Shown here in pieces: positions 56,751-64,000 of a DNA stretch of 64,000 nt. The notes below the pieces were generated by a model. The model ran no database searches. It was not told where the DNA came from and saw only the letters and a list, made by a program, of their open reading frames with translations. The first letter of the stretch is position 1. Every line of letters starts with the position of its first letter. The translations under genes were made by a program, and so were the position numbers. Source of the stretch: Gaiellaceae bacterium (GTDB taxonomy: Bacteria > Actinomycetota > Thermoleophilia > Gaiellales > Gaiellaceae); NCBI GenBank assembly GCA_036271075.1, contig DATBBH010000164.1, positions 3,442-67,441 on the forward strand. The letters run 5' to 3'.

Positions 56751-57569
56751 TCATGCGACGGTGCCGACCTCTTCCCGCCGCCGTTCGACGACGCGGATGA
56801 TTCGGTGCGAGATCTCCTCGATCGAGAGCTCGCTCACCTCGATCACCGGGCAGCCGAGTCGGCGGTGGACCTGATCCGCGTAGTCGAGCTCCTCGTAGAT
56901 CTCCACCAGGCTCGCGTACTTGCGGTCGCCGCGCATCCAACGGATCCGCTCGCCGCGGATCTCCGACAGCCGCTGCGCGTCGATCGTCAGCCCTACGACC
57001 TTCGTCTGGTCGACCGTGAAGAGCTCAGCCGGCGGGTCGATTCCCTTCACGAGCGGGACGTTTGCGGTCTTGTAGCCGAGGTAGCCGAGGTAGATCGACA
57101 GTGGCGTCTTCGACGTTCGCGAGACGCCGACGAGCACGATGTCCGCCTCGCTGAGCCCAGCCGGGACGCCGTCGTCGTACTTCACCGCAAACTCGATCGC
57201 CGACATGCGCCGGAAGTACGCGTCGTTCAGCGGCGGCCGCGCACCCGGCTTCATCCGTGCCGACTGTCCGGAGACGCGCGCCACGGCATCGATCGGATGG
57301 CCGAGCAGATCGCAGTAATGCAACCTCGCCTTGCGGCACAGGGTGCGCATCGATTCGCGCAGCGCGGGCTCGACGAGTGTGTAGATGACGACCGCCTGCC
57401 GTCCTTTCATCCGCTCAACGGCAAGCTGCAGGTCGTCGACCGACTCGACCCGCGGATGCCGGATCTCGCTGAACTCCTGGTCCGGGAACTGCGCCTCGAG
57501 CGCCTGCACGAGTCGCGCCGCCGTCTCGCCGGTCGAGTCCGAGATCATGTGCAGCTCGACGAGATCCAC
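56751..57569 (-). CDS. pyruvate, phosphate dikinase regulatory protein (bifunctional kinase/pyrophosphorylase, DUF299)
   Basis: H.ISDSTGETA and the P-loop-like VLVGVSRTSKTPLSIYL...G.K.AN.PLV. Lies upstream of ppdK. Confidence 0.92.
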   Translation of the reverse strand: MDLVELHMISDSTGETAARLVQALEAQFPDQEFSEIRHPRVESVDDLQLAVERMKGRQAVVIYTLVEPALRESMRTLCRKARLHYCDLLGHPIDAVARVSGQSARMKPGARPPLNDAYFRRMSAIEFAVKYDDGVPAGLSEADIVLVGVSRTSKTPLSIYLGYLGYKTANVPLVKGIDPPAELFTVDQTKVVGLTIDAQRLSEIRGERIRWMRGDRKYASLVEIYEELDYADQVHRRLGCPVIEVSELSIEEISHRIIRVVERRREEVGTVA

Positions 57570-57592
57570 GGGCGCACCTTAACCGGCGCTTC

Positions 57593-58561
57593 ATGCGGCG
57601 CTGGCGGGCCGACGGCACTCTGTGGGCCGTGAAATACGTGCTCATCGCTGCCGTGGTCGCGCTCGTGCTTCCAGCAGCCGCCTTTGCGTGGGACGGCACG
57701 TACCCGACGGGCGACGCCGCCGGCACGTCCATCCACATCGTCGTCTCGGACACCTATCCCGTCGACCAGGCCCTGCCGCAGAGCTGGGCGACCTACTTCG
57801 GCTCGATCCCCCACGGCCCGGAGCTCTCCTCGCTGACGCTGAGCCTGATGCCGCTCGCCGCCCTGGAGTCGAGGAAGTACTGCGGCTCGGCTGCGCTCGC
57901 CTGCTACGACCCCACGAACGACACGATGTACGCGGCTCCGGACGACCAGCTCGACGAACCGCCGGCGATGGAGATCGCCACGCACGAGTACGGCCACCAC
58001 ATTGCGAACAGCCGTTCCAATGCGCCATGGGTGGCGGAGGACTATGGCACGAAGCGCTGGTCCTCGTACGAGAACATCTGCGCACGGGCGGCCGCGGGCA
58101 CGGCCTCGCCGGGCGACGAAGGTCTCGCCTACAGCCAGAACCCGGGTGAGGCGTTCGCAGAGTCGTACCGAGTGCTCGCGTTGACCGACCTCGGTCTCAC
58201 ACCGAGTAGCTGGGACATCGTCGACCAGTCGTTCTACCCGGATGCGACCGCCCTGCAACTGCTCCAGGAAGACATCACCAGTCCGTGGACCGGACCGACG
58301 GTGCATCACGTGCACGGCTCGTTCGGGAACGGCGCGACCCGCACAATCGCCGTTCAGAGCACGCTGGACGGAACGTTCCTCGCGAGACTGCAGGCACCCT
58401 CGCAGGCGCGGCTGAAGCTGGAGCTCTATTCCGGCTCGACGTTGGTCGCGCGCGGGAAGACGAGCGTGCGCTTCGAGATCTGCGGGCAGCGCACGCTGAC
58501 GCTGAAAGTGCGGCGCCTTTCCGGCCACGGTGCGTTCACCGTGGACGTTTCAAAACCGTAA
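57593..58561 (+). CDS. secreted hypothetical protein with HExxH motif (putative zinc metallopeptidase-like)
   Basis: Signal-like VKYVLIAAVVALVLPAAAFA and a THEYGHH motif, with GEAFAE about 60 aa downstream. No family recognised. Confidence 0.65.
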   Translation: MRRWRADGTLWAVKYVLIAAVVALVLPAAAFAWDGTYPTGDAAGTSIHIVVSDTYPVDQALPQSWATYFGSIPHGPELSSLTLSLMPLAALESRKYCGSAALACYDPTNDTMYAAPDDQLDEPPAMEIATHEYGHHIANSRSNAPWVAEDYGTKRWSSYENICARAAAGTASPGDEGLAYSQNPGEAFAESYRVLALTDLGLTPSSWDIVDQSFYPDATALQLLQEDITSPWTGPTVHHVHGSFGNGATRTIAVQSTLDGTFLARLQAPSQARLKLELYSGSTLVARGKTSVRFEICGQRTLTLKVRRLSGHGAFTVDVSKP

Positions 58562-58571
58562 TCTCCCCCGC

Positions 58572-59519
58572 GTGGGAATCGCCCACTGGGACGAGATCGA
58601 GCGGCGGCACCGCGCCAAGGGCGAGATGGATGCGACCTGGCAGCAGCTCGGCGACCCTGCCGGCGCCCGCACGGTCGGCCTCAACCGCGTGCGCGTCGCA
58701 GCGGGCAAGCTCCCGACGCCGCCGCACTCGCACGGCGCGTCCGAGGAGATCTACTACGTGCTCGAGGGCTCCGGGCTCGCCTGGCAGGACGGCGAGGTGC
58801 ACGAGGTGCGGCCGGGGGACTGCGTGATCCATCGAGCAGATCACCACGAGCACACCTTTGTCGCCGGCCCCGATGGGCTCGACTACCTCGTCTTCGGCAC
58901 ACGCCATCCGACGGAGATCGGCTGGCTGCCCCGCTCCCGTGCGATTCGCATCGGCTGGCCCTGGGTCGTCGGCCGCGACGATGACCCCTGGGATGTCGAG
59001 GCGGAGGTCGAACCGCTCGCCTTCGGCGACCCGGCCCCTCGGCCGGCGAACATCGTCTCGATCGACGAGGTCGAGCTCGAGCAGTGGGACGACAAAGGGG
59101 TCACGGCGCCGCTCGCAACGCGTGAGCGCTCCGACCTCGCGGGCTTCCACTGGGAGCGTCTGAACGCGGGCAAGATCGGTGCGGTGCCGCACTGCCACTC
59201 CGCGGAGGAGGAGATCTTCGTGATCCTGGAGGGCTCTGCGACGCTGCACTTGTGGCCGTCCCCACTCCGCGCCGAGCGCGGTGCCGAACGCGAGGAGCAC
59301 GAGCTCCGGCCGGGTCATGTCGTCGCACGCCCGCCGGGCAGCGGCGTCTCGCACTGGTTCCGCGCCGGCGACGACGGCGTCACGATGTTGATCTACGGCA
59401 CCCGAGACCCGAACGACATGTGCTGGTTTCCGCGCTCGAACAAGATCTCATGGCGCGGCCTCGGCGTGATCGGGCGCATCGAGGCGCTCGAGTACGACGA
59501 CGGCGAACCGGACGACTAG
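58572..59519 (+). CDS. bicupin protein
   Basis: GTG start. Two cupin cores (PPHSHGASEEIYYVLEGSG...GD and PHCHSAEEEIFVILEGSA...G). Confidence 0.8.
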   Translation: MGIAHWDEIERRHRAKGEMDATWQQLGDPAGARTVGLNRVRVAAGKLPTPPHSHGASEEIYYVLEGSGLAWQDGEVHEVRPGDCVIHRADHHEHTFVAGPDGLDYLVFGTRHPTEIGWLPRSRAIRIGWPWVVGRDDDPWDVEAEVEPLAFGDPAPRPANIVSIDEVELEQWDDKGVTAPLATRERSDLAGFHWERLNAGKIGAVPHCHSAEEEIFVILEGSATLHLWPSPLRAERGAEREEHELRPGHVVARPPGSGVSHWFRAGDDGVTMLIYGTRDPNDMCWFPRSNKISWRGLGVIGRIEALEYDDGEPDD

Positions 59520-59544
59520 GCAAGCGCTCAGCTACTTTCAGGCG

Positions 59545-60900
59545 ATGCTCGAGCAATTCGAAGGCGCCGCCACGATCGAAAAGGTCGCGGCTCTGTGTCG
59601 CCGGCGCGCGTTCGTCTTTCCGTCGTCGGACATCTACGGCGGCCTCGGCTCGTCCTTCGACTTCGGCCACTACGGCGTCCTGCTCAACGACAACGTCAAG
59701 GCCGAGTGGCGCCGCTCGCTGATCCAGGAGCGGGAGGACATCGTTGCGCTCGACTCTGCGATCATCCTCAACCCGGAGGTCTGGGTTGCGTCCGGCCACG
59801 TGGCCGGCTTCTCGGATCCGCTCGTCGACTGTCGCACCTGCAAGCTGCGCTTCCGCGCCGACCAGCTCGAGCAGAGCGCCTGCGGCAAGCGCCCGTCGAA
59901 GCATCCCGGCGAGTACTCCGAGTGCGACCTGACGGAGCCTCGCCAGTTCAACTTGATGTTCGAGACGTTCGTCGGCCCGGTTCGCGAGGACGCTTCGCGC
60001 GCGTATCTGCGGCCGGAGACCGCGCAGGGCATCTTCATCAACTTCAAGAACGTCACGTCGTCGATGCGCGTCAAGCCGCCTTTCGGGATCGCCCAGATCG
60101 GCAAGAGCTTCCGCAACGAGATCACGCCCGGCAACTTCCTGTTTCGCATGCGCGAGTTCGAGCAGATGGAGATGGAGTTCTTCGTGCCGCCCGCCGAGGC
60201 CGAGGAATGGCACCGCTACTGGATCGAGCAGCGGCGCCGGTGGCATCTCGACCTCGGGTTGCGAGAGTCGCACGTGCGGGTTCGCCCGCACGAGGCCGCC
60301 GAGCTCTCGCACTACTCCAGCGCGACGAGCGACATCGAGTACCTCTACCCCATCGGCTGGCTCGAGCTCGAGGGCGTCGCAAACCGCGGCGACTACGACC
60401 TGCGCCAGCACAGCGAGGCGTCCGGGACGATGCTCGAGTGGATCGGACACGAGGAACGCTACGTGCCGTACGTGATCGAACCGGCGATCAGCGTCGTGCG
60501 CGCGACTCTCGCGTTCCTCTGCGACGCCTACGACGAGGAGGTCGTCGCCGACCGCCCGCGCACCCTGTTGCGGCTGCACCCGCGCCTGGCTCCGGTGAAA
60601 GCGGCGGTGCTGCCGCTGGTCGGCAAGCAAACTGCGATGGTCGAGCAGGCGCGCGGTCTCTACCAGGATCTGCGCAAGTCGATGTCCGCCGAGTACGACG
60701 ACGCCGCGGCCATCGGCAAGCGCTATCGGCGCCAGGACGAGATCGGGACACCGTGGGCGCTGACGATCGACGAGCAGACGCTGGCCGACGGCACGATCAC
60801 GCTGCGCGACCGCGACACGCTCCAGCAGGAGCGCATCCCGCTCGAGGGTGCGAAGCGGCTGCTGCTCGACAAGCTCGAGCAGCCGTGGCAGCCGCGCTGA
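59545..60900 (+). CDS. glyQS: glycine--tRNA ligase (homodimeric class II type)
   Basis: RRAFVFPSSDIYGG....FD.G..G..L..N.K..W, FRNEI.P......R.REFEQMEMEFF and the anticodon-binding C-terminal domain. Confidence 0.95.
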   Translation: MLEQFEGAATIEKVAALCRRRAFVFPSSDIYGGLGSSFDFGHYGVLLNDNVKAEWRRSLIQEREDIVALDSAIILNPEVWVASGHVAGFSDPLVDCRTCKLRFRADQLEQSACGKRPSKHPGEYSECDLTEPRQFNLMFETFVGPVREDASRAYLRPETAQGIFINFKNVTSSMRVKPPFGIAQIGKSFRNEITPGNFLFRMREFEQMEMEFFVPPAEAEEWHRYWIEQRRRWHLDLGLRESHVRVRPHEAAELSHYSSATSDIEYLYPIGWLELEGVANRGDYDLRQHSEASGTMLEWIGHEERYVPYVIEPAISVVRATLAFLCDAYDEEVVADRPRTLLRLHPRLAPVKAAVLPLVGKQTAMVEQARGLYQDLRKSMSAEYDDAAAIGKRYRRQDEIGTPWALTIDEQTLADGTITLRDRDTLQQERIPLEGAKRLLLDKLEQPWQPR

Positions 60901-60908
60901 CGAACACG

Positions 60909-61859
60909 GTGGACTGGCGCAGGCACACGATCACCTCCGCTGCGCTGCGCGGAAACCCGCTCGGTGACCCGCACGAACGCGACCTGTGGGTCTGGTCGCC
61001 GCCCGACCAGTCGCGCCGCTATCCGTCGGTGTACGTCCTGCACGCGCACATGCGCTCGGCGGCGTCCTGGTTCAACGTCGAACCGTTCGAACGGTCCTAT
61101 CCGGAGGCGATCGCCGCACTCGCGCCGGAAGCAGTCGTCGTGCTCGTCGACGGGTGGACGTCCGTCGGCGGTTCGCAGTGGATCGACTCCGAGGGCATCG
61201 GACGCTACGGCACCTATCTCCAGGAGGAGGTCGTCCAGTTCGTCGACGCGAGCTATCCGACGGATGGAACGAGGGGTCTACAGGGCAAGTCGTCGGGCGG
61301 ATACGGCGCGCTCGTGAACGCGCTCGCGCGACCCGATCTGTTCAGCGCGGTCGCGGCACATGCGGCCGACGCGCTGTTCGAGGTGACGCTCGCGCACGGC
61401 TTTCCCGCAGCGGCGCGCATGCTCGCCGAGCGCGGGATCACCTCGATGGCCGAGTTCTGGGAATCGTTCTCCGGGCTGAACGAGGCGGGCAACGCCCTGC
61501 TCGTCGAGCTCGGCTCCTGTGCGCTCGCGTTCGGGAACGGTGAGCTCCCATTCGACCCGGAGACCGCGGCCGTGCTGCCGGAGCTGTGGGAGCCATGGCT
61601 CGCCCATGACCCGATTCGCCTCATCGAGCAGGATGGGCCAACGGCCGCCGGCCTCCGTGCGATCTGGATCGACGCCGGCGGACGCGACGAGTACTACCTC
61701 GACCGAGCTGCATTCGCGCTTCGACGTGCGATTCGTCGGGCGGGCTTCCCCGAGGAGCGGCTCCACTTCGAGTTGTTTCCCGGCGGCCACCGCGGTCTCA
61801 GCGACCGCTACCCGCTTTCGCTCGCATTCCTCGTCGAACGCCTCTCCATGAGCTTGTAG
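60909..61859 (+). CDS. alpha/beta-hydrolase, putative esterase family
   Basis: YPSVYVLHAH... and the nucleophile elbow GKSSGGYGAL. I chose the first in-frame GTG after the glyQS stop. The 754-aa ORF-track entry is an out-of-frame read-through across glyQS. Confidence 0.75.
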   Translation: MDWRRHTITSAALRGNPLGDPHERDLWVWSPPDQSRRYPSVYVLHAHMRSAASWFNVEPFERSYPEAIAALAPEAVVVLVDGWTSVGGSQWIDSEGIGRYGTYLQEEVVQFVDASYPTDGTRGLQGKSSGGYGALVNALARPDLFSAVAAHAADALFEVTLAHGFPAAARMLAERGITSMAEFWESFSGLNEAGNALLVELGSCALAFGNGELPFDPETAAVLPELWEPWLAHDPIRLIEQDGPTAAGLRAIWIDAGGRDEYYLDRAAFALRRAIRRAGFPEERLHFELFPGGHRGLSDRYPLSLAFLVERLSMSL

Positions 61860-62248
61860 TCCGGCTCTGCGAAGCCAAGCTTGCGATAGAGCGGGTGCAT
61901 GTTCGTCGTGTGCAGCAGCCAGCGCAGATCCGCGAACGAGCTCCCCTCGATCATTTCGCGCGCGAGCTCCTCACCGAGCCCGCGTCCACGGTAGTCCTCG
62001 AGCACGTACACATCGGCGAGGTAGACGAACGACGTCCCGTCGGTTGCTGCGCGGCAGAACCCGATCTGGCGGTCGCCGTCATAGAGACCGACGACGCGCG
62101 CGGCCGTGTCGATCAGCCCGTCCTGTGTCTCGCGCGACCGTCCCGTCGCCCAGTAGGAGACCTCGCTGAGAAAGCGATGCACCTCAGCTCGGTCGATGCG
62201 TGCCTTGTCGTCGTCCACCTGGATCCCGTTGCCGAGATCGCGCTTCAC
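61808..62248 (-). CDS. GNAT-family N-acetyltransferase
   Basis: IGFCRA......VYLADVYVLEDYRGRGLGEELAREMIE is an acetyl-CoA binding motif. The GTG start overlaps the recO stop (GTGA). The 3' end overlaps the convergent esterase gene by 52 nt. Confidence 0.8.
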   Translation of the reverse strand: MKRDLGNGIQVDDDKARIDRAEVHRFLSEVSYWATGRSRETQDGLIDTAARVVGLYDGDRQIGFCRAATDGTSFVYLADVYVLEDYRGRGLGEELAREMIEGSSFADLRWLLHTTNMHPLYRKLGFAEPDYKLMERRSTRNASESG

Positions 62249-62985
62249 GCAGACAGTGTCCTCAGCCGGAAGCCGCCGTGCTCCTCGTACGACGACGTGA
62301 TCACCGCCAGCGCATCGCGCCGCGCTCGGTCCGAGAGGTCGGCTGCTGTCGCGTCCGCGAGCGGCGTGGACAGCAGCCGCTCGATCCCGAAGATGCCTTC
62401 CGGTGAGAGCCGCAGCGCGTTCGCCGCGTGGTCGGCGCACACCCCGCCCCCGGCCCGCGCGGAAAACGCCACCAGCTGGGCATCGGAGCCGCACTCGACG
62501 CAGCTCGTCAGATGCGGCAGGTACCCGGCGAGCCAGAGCAGCTTCAGCTGGAAGGAGAGCACGAGTGGATCGCTCGCCGGACGGGTCTCCGCGTGCGGCG
62601 TCTCGTCGAGCAGGTCGAGAAACCGCGCGAGCGCGCCGAACGCGCGCTCGTTCGCCTCCGGCTCGCCGAAGAGCCGCAGCATCGCCTCGGCCCCGATCAG
62701 CCCGACGTTCAGCCGGTAGTTGTCCTCCCGCGTCGAGTGGTGGGAGCGCAGCAGCTCGACGCCGGTGATCGTCTGGAGCTCCCCGGCCCCCTCGTGCAGC
62801 ATCAGCTCGACGTGCGAGAGCGGCTCGAGCCGGGCGCCGAAGCGCGACTTCGTCTTCCGAACACCCTTCGCGATCGCGCCGATCCGGCCTCGCTCCGCGG
62901 TATAGAGATGCAGGATCCGGTCGGCCTCGGAGAACCGCAACGAGCGCAGGACGATCGCCTCGCTCTTGTAGGTGCGGCTGCCCAT
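62245..62985 (-). CDS. recO: DNA repair protein RecO
   Basis: EAIVLRS..F.EADRIL.LYT...G...AIAKGVRK.KSRFGARLEP and the zinc motif C..CG. Confidence 0.92.
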   Translation of the reverse strand: MGSRTYKSEAIVLRSLRFSEADRILHLYTAERGRIGAIAKGVRKTKSRFGARLEPLSHVELMLHEGAGELQTITGVELLRSHHSTREDNYRLNVGLIGAEAMLRLFGEPEANERAFGALARFLDLLDETPHAETRPASDPLVLSFQLKLLWLAGYLPHLTSCVECGSDAQLVAFSARAGGGVCADHAANALRLSPEGIFGIERLLSTPLADATAADLSDRARRDALAVITSSYEEHGGFRLRTLSA

Positions 62986-62996
62986 TCAGGGCCAGT

Positions 62997-63872
62997 CTAG
63001 AGACGCCGATCGACGGTGACCCCGGCCGTGTAGCGCTGGCAACTCGGGCAGTACCACGTCCCTCGGCCGGCGACGCGGATCTTGTCGATCGGCGTCCCGC
63101 AGCGGTCACAGGGCTCGCCGCCGCGGCCGTAGACCTTGAACTCGTGCTGTGCGCTGCCGGTGCCGCCGTCCGGGAGGCGGTAGTCGCGCAGCGTCGAGCC
63201 CTGGCGGCGCAGGCCGGCCTGCAAGGCCTGGCGGATGCCGCGATGAAGCGCCTTGATCTCTGCCGGGCCAAGCTTGGCGGCCGGTGTGAGCGGATGGATC
63301 TGGGCGCGCCACAGCGCCTCGTCGGCGTAGATGTTCCCAACCCCCGCCACGGTTCGCTGATCGAGGATCGCGGCCTTGATCGGCGCCCGCCTGCCCTCGA
63401 GATCCTCCGCCAGGTGCTTCGCCCGGTAGGCCGAGGAGAGCGGTTCCCGGCCGACGCGCGCGTCGACATACGTGTCCACTTCGGCCGGTTCGAGCAGCAG
63501 CCACGTGCCGAAGCGGCGGACGTCGCGGTAGCTGACGTCCGAGCCGTCGTCTAGCCTGACAACAGCACGGCGATGGGGATCGTCCGGCAACTGTTCCCGT
63601 TCGCCTCGGTCTCCGCCGCTGCCGTGCAGCACCGACCCCGTCATCCGGAGGTGAATCAGGAGAGCCCTTCCCGACTCGAACTGAAAAATCAAATACTTGC
63701 CACGGCGATCGACCAGTGCGACCCGCTCGCCCTCGAGCTCCCGAGCGACCACGACCGGGTCGAACGGGCGTGTCAGGCGCGCATCCGTGATCTCGACGTC
63801 GACGAAGCGGCGACCTTCGAGCACCGGCGCAAGCCGGCGACGGACGGTTTCGACCTCAGGCAGTTCGGGCAC
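62997..63872 (-). CDS. mutM: formamidopyrimidine-DNA glycosylase
   Basis: MPELPEVETVRR.L, the H2TH region and the C-terminal zinc finger C..CG..I......GR.T.YCP.CQ. Confidence 0.95.
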   Translation of the reverse strand: MPELPEVETVRRRLAPVLEGRRFVDVEITDARLTRPFDPVVVARELEGERVALVDRRGKYLIFQFESGRALLIHLRMTGSVLHGSGGDRGEREQLPDDPHRRAVVRLDDGSDVSYRDVRRFGTWLLLEPAEVDTYVDARVGREPLSSAYRAKHLAEDLEGRRAPIKAAILDQRTVAGVGNIYADEALWRAQIHPLTPAAKLGPAEIKALHRGIRQALQAGLRRQGSTLRDYRLPDGGTGSAQHEFKVYGRGGEPCDRCGTPIDKIRVAGRGTWYCPSCQRYTAGVTVDRRL

Positions 63873-63895
63873 CCGGCCACGGTACCCGGCTGGCT

Positions 63896-64000
63896 CTAGC
63901 TGACGACCTCGAGCAGCACCGGACGCTCTTCCGGCTGCTCGTCACCGAGCTCGTACGCCGCCAGGACGTCGCGTACCGCGTCGTCGGCCTGGGCGTCGGT
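63896..64000 (-). CDS. C-terminal 34 codons of an unidentified gene (runs off the right edge)
   Basis: Minus-strand frame ending ...DVLAAYELGDEQPEERPVLLEVVS-stop, 23 nt upstream of mutM. Too short to assign. Confidence 0.35.
   Translation of the reverse strand, partial: TDAQADDAVRDVLAAYELGDEQPEERPVLLEVVS

Noticed and set aside
59520-59544. Possible T-box or other leader upstream of glyQS
   Set aside because: Only about 25 nt separate the bicupin stop from the glyQS start, far too short for a T-box riboswitch.
59380-60630. 416-aa minus-strand ORF and the 5' 1.3 kb of the 754-aa plus-strand ORF (59595-61859), both overlapping glyQS
   Set aside because: The glyQS frame carries all the class II synthetase motifs. 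The alternatives are Arg-rich read-throughs. Only the part of the 754-aa frame after the glyQS stop (from 60909) looks like a real gene, the esterase.

Overview
Very GC-rich (judged by eye, not computed) chromosomal segment of Actinomycetota type. The gene content and the repeated Ig-like and CBM modules suggest a Thermoleophilia/Rubrobacteria-like organism, but that is a low-confidence inference. Gene starts come from ORF-track arithmetic checked against the printed sequence. Many starts are GTG or TTG, so treat them as approximate. Near 56.34-56.40 kb my hand indexing disagreed with the ORF track by 1 nt.

The window has two parts.

(1) About 1-25.6 kb is a cell-surface and exopolysaccharide locus. 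It contains a Wzx-like flippase, a GT2, a priming polyprenyl-phosphate sugar transferase, a Gfo/Idh/MocA dehydrogenase, and a tightly coupled block of deacetylase-like, flavoenzyme, ATP-grasp, methyltransferase and hexapeptide acyltransferase genes. It also has two secreted lysozyme-like glycan hydrolases, a 1278-aa mosaic secreted protein (CE4 + CBM + six tandem ~92-aa repeats), a collagen-like protein with about 130 G-X-Y triplets, a 782-aa polytopic membrane protein, two paralogous LuxR regulators with Glu at the phospho-acceptor position, and two paralogous small zinc-ribbon proteins. This is where I think the novel biology lies: a candidate collagen-like surface-fibre and glycan module with its own atypical regulators.

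(2) About 26.4-64 kb is core genome. It contains rpsB-tsf-pyrH-frr, rluD-lspA-dksA-like, the distal division cluster (pgeF-yggS-sepF-yggT-divIVA), cca, ridA, a degenerate IGPD-like gene, murA and a GT4/GH15 pair. It also has an SOS-boxed imuB-(small ORF)-dnaE2 mutasome back-to-back with a fluoride riboswitch-crcB unit, a coupled DDN/cupin/ComB trio, rhomboid, ppdK plus its regulator, glyQS, recO and mutM.

I found no rRNA, tRNA, CRISPR array, transposase or integrase.
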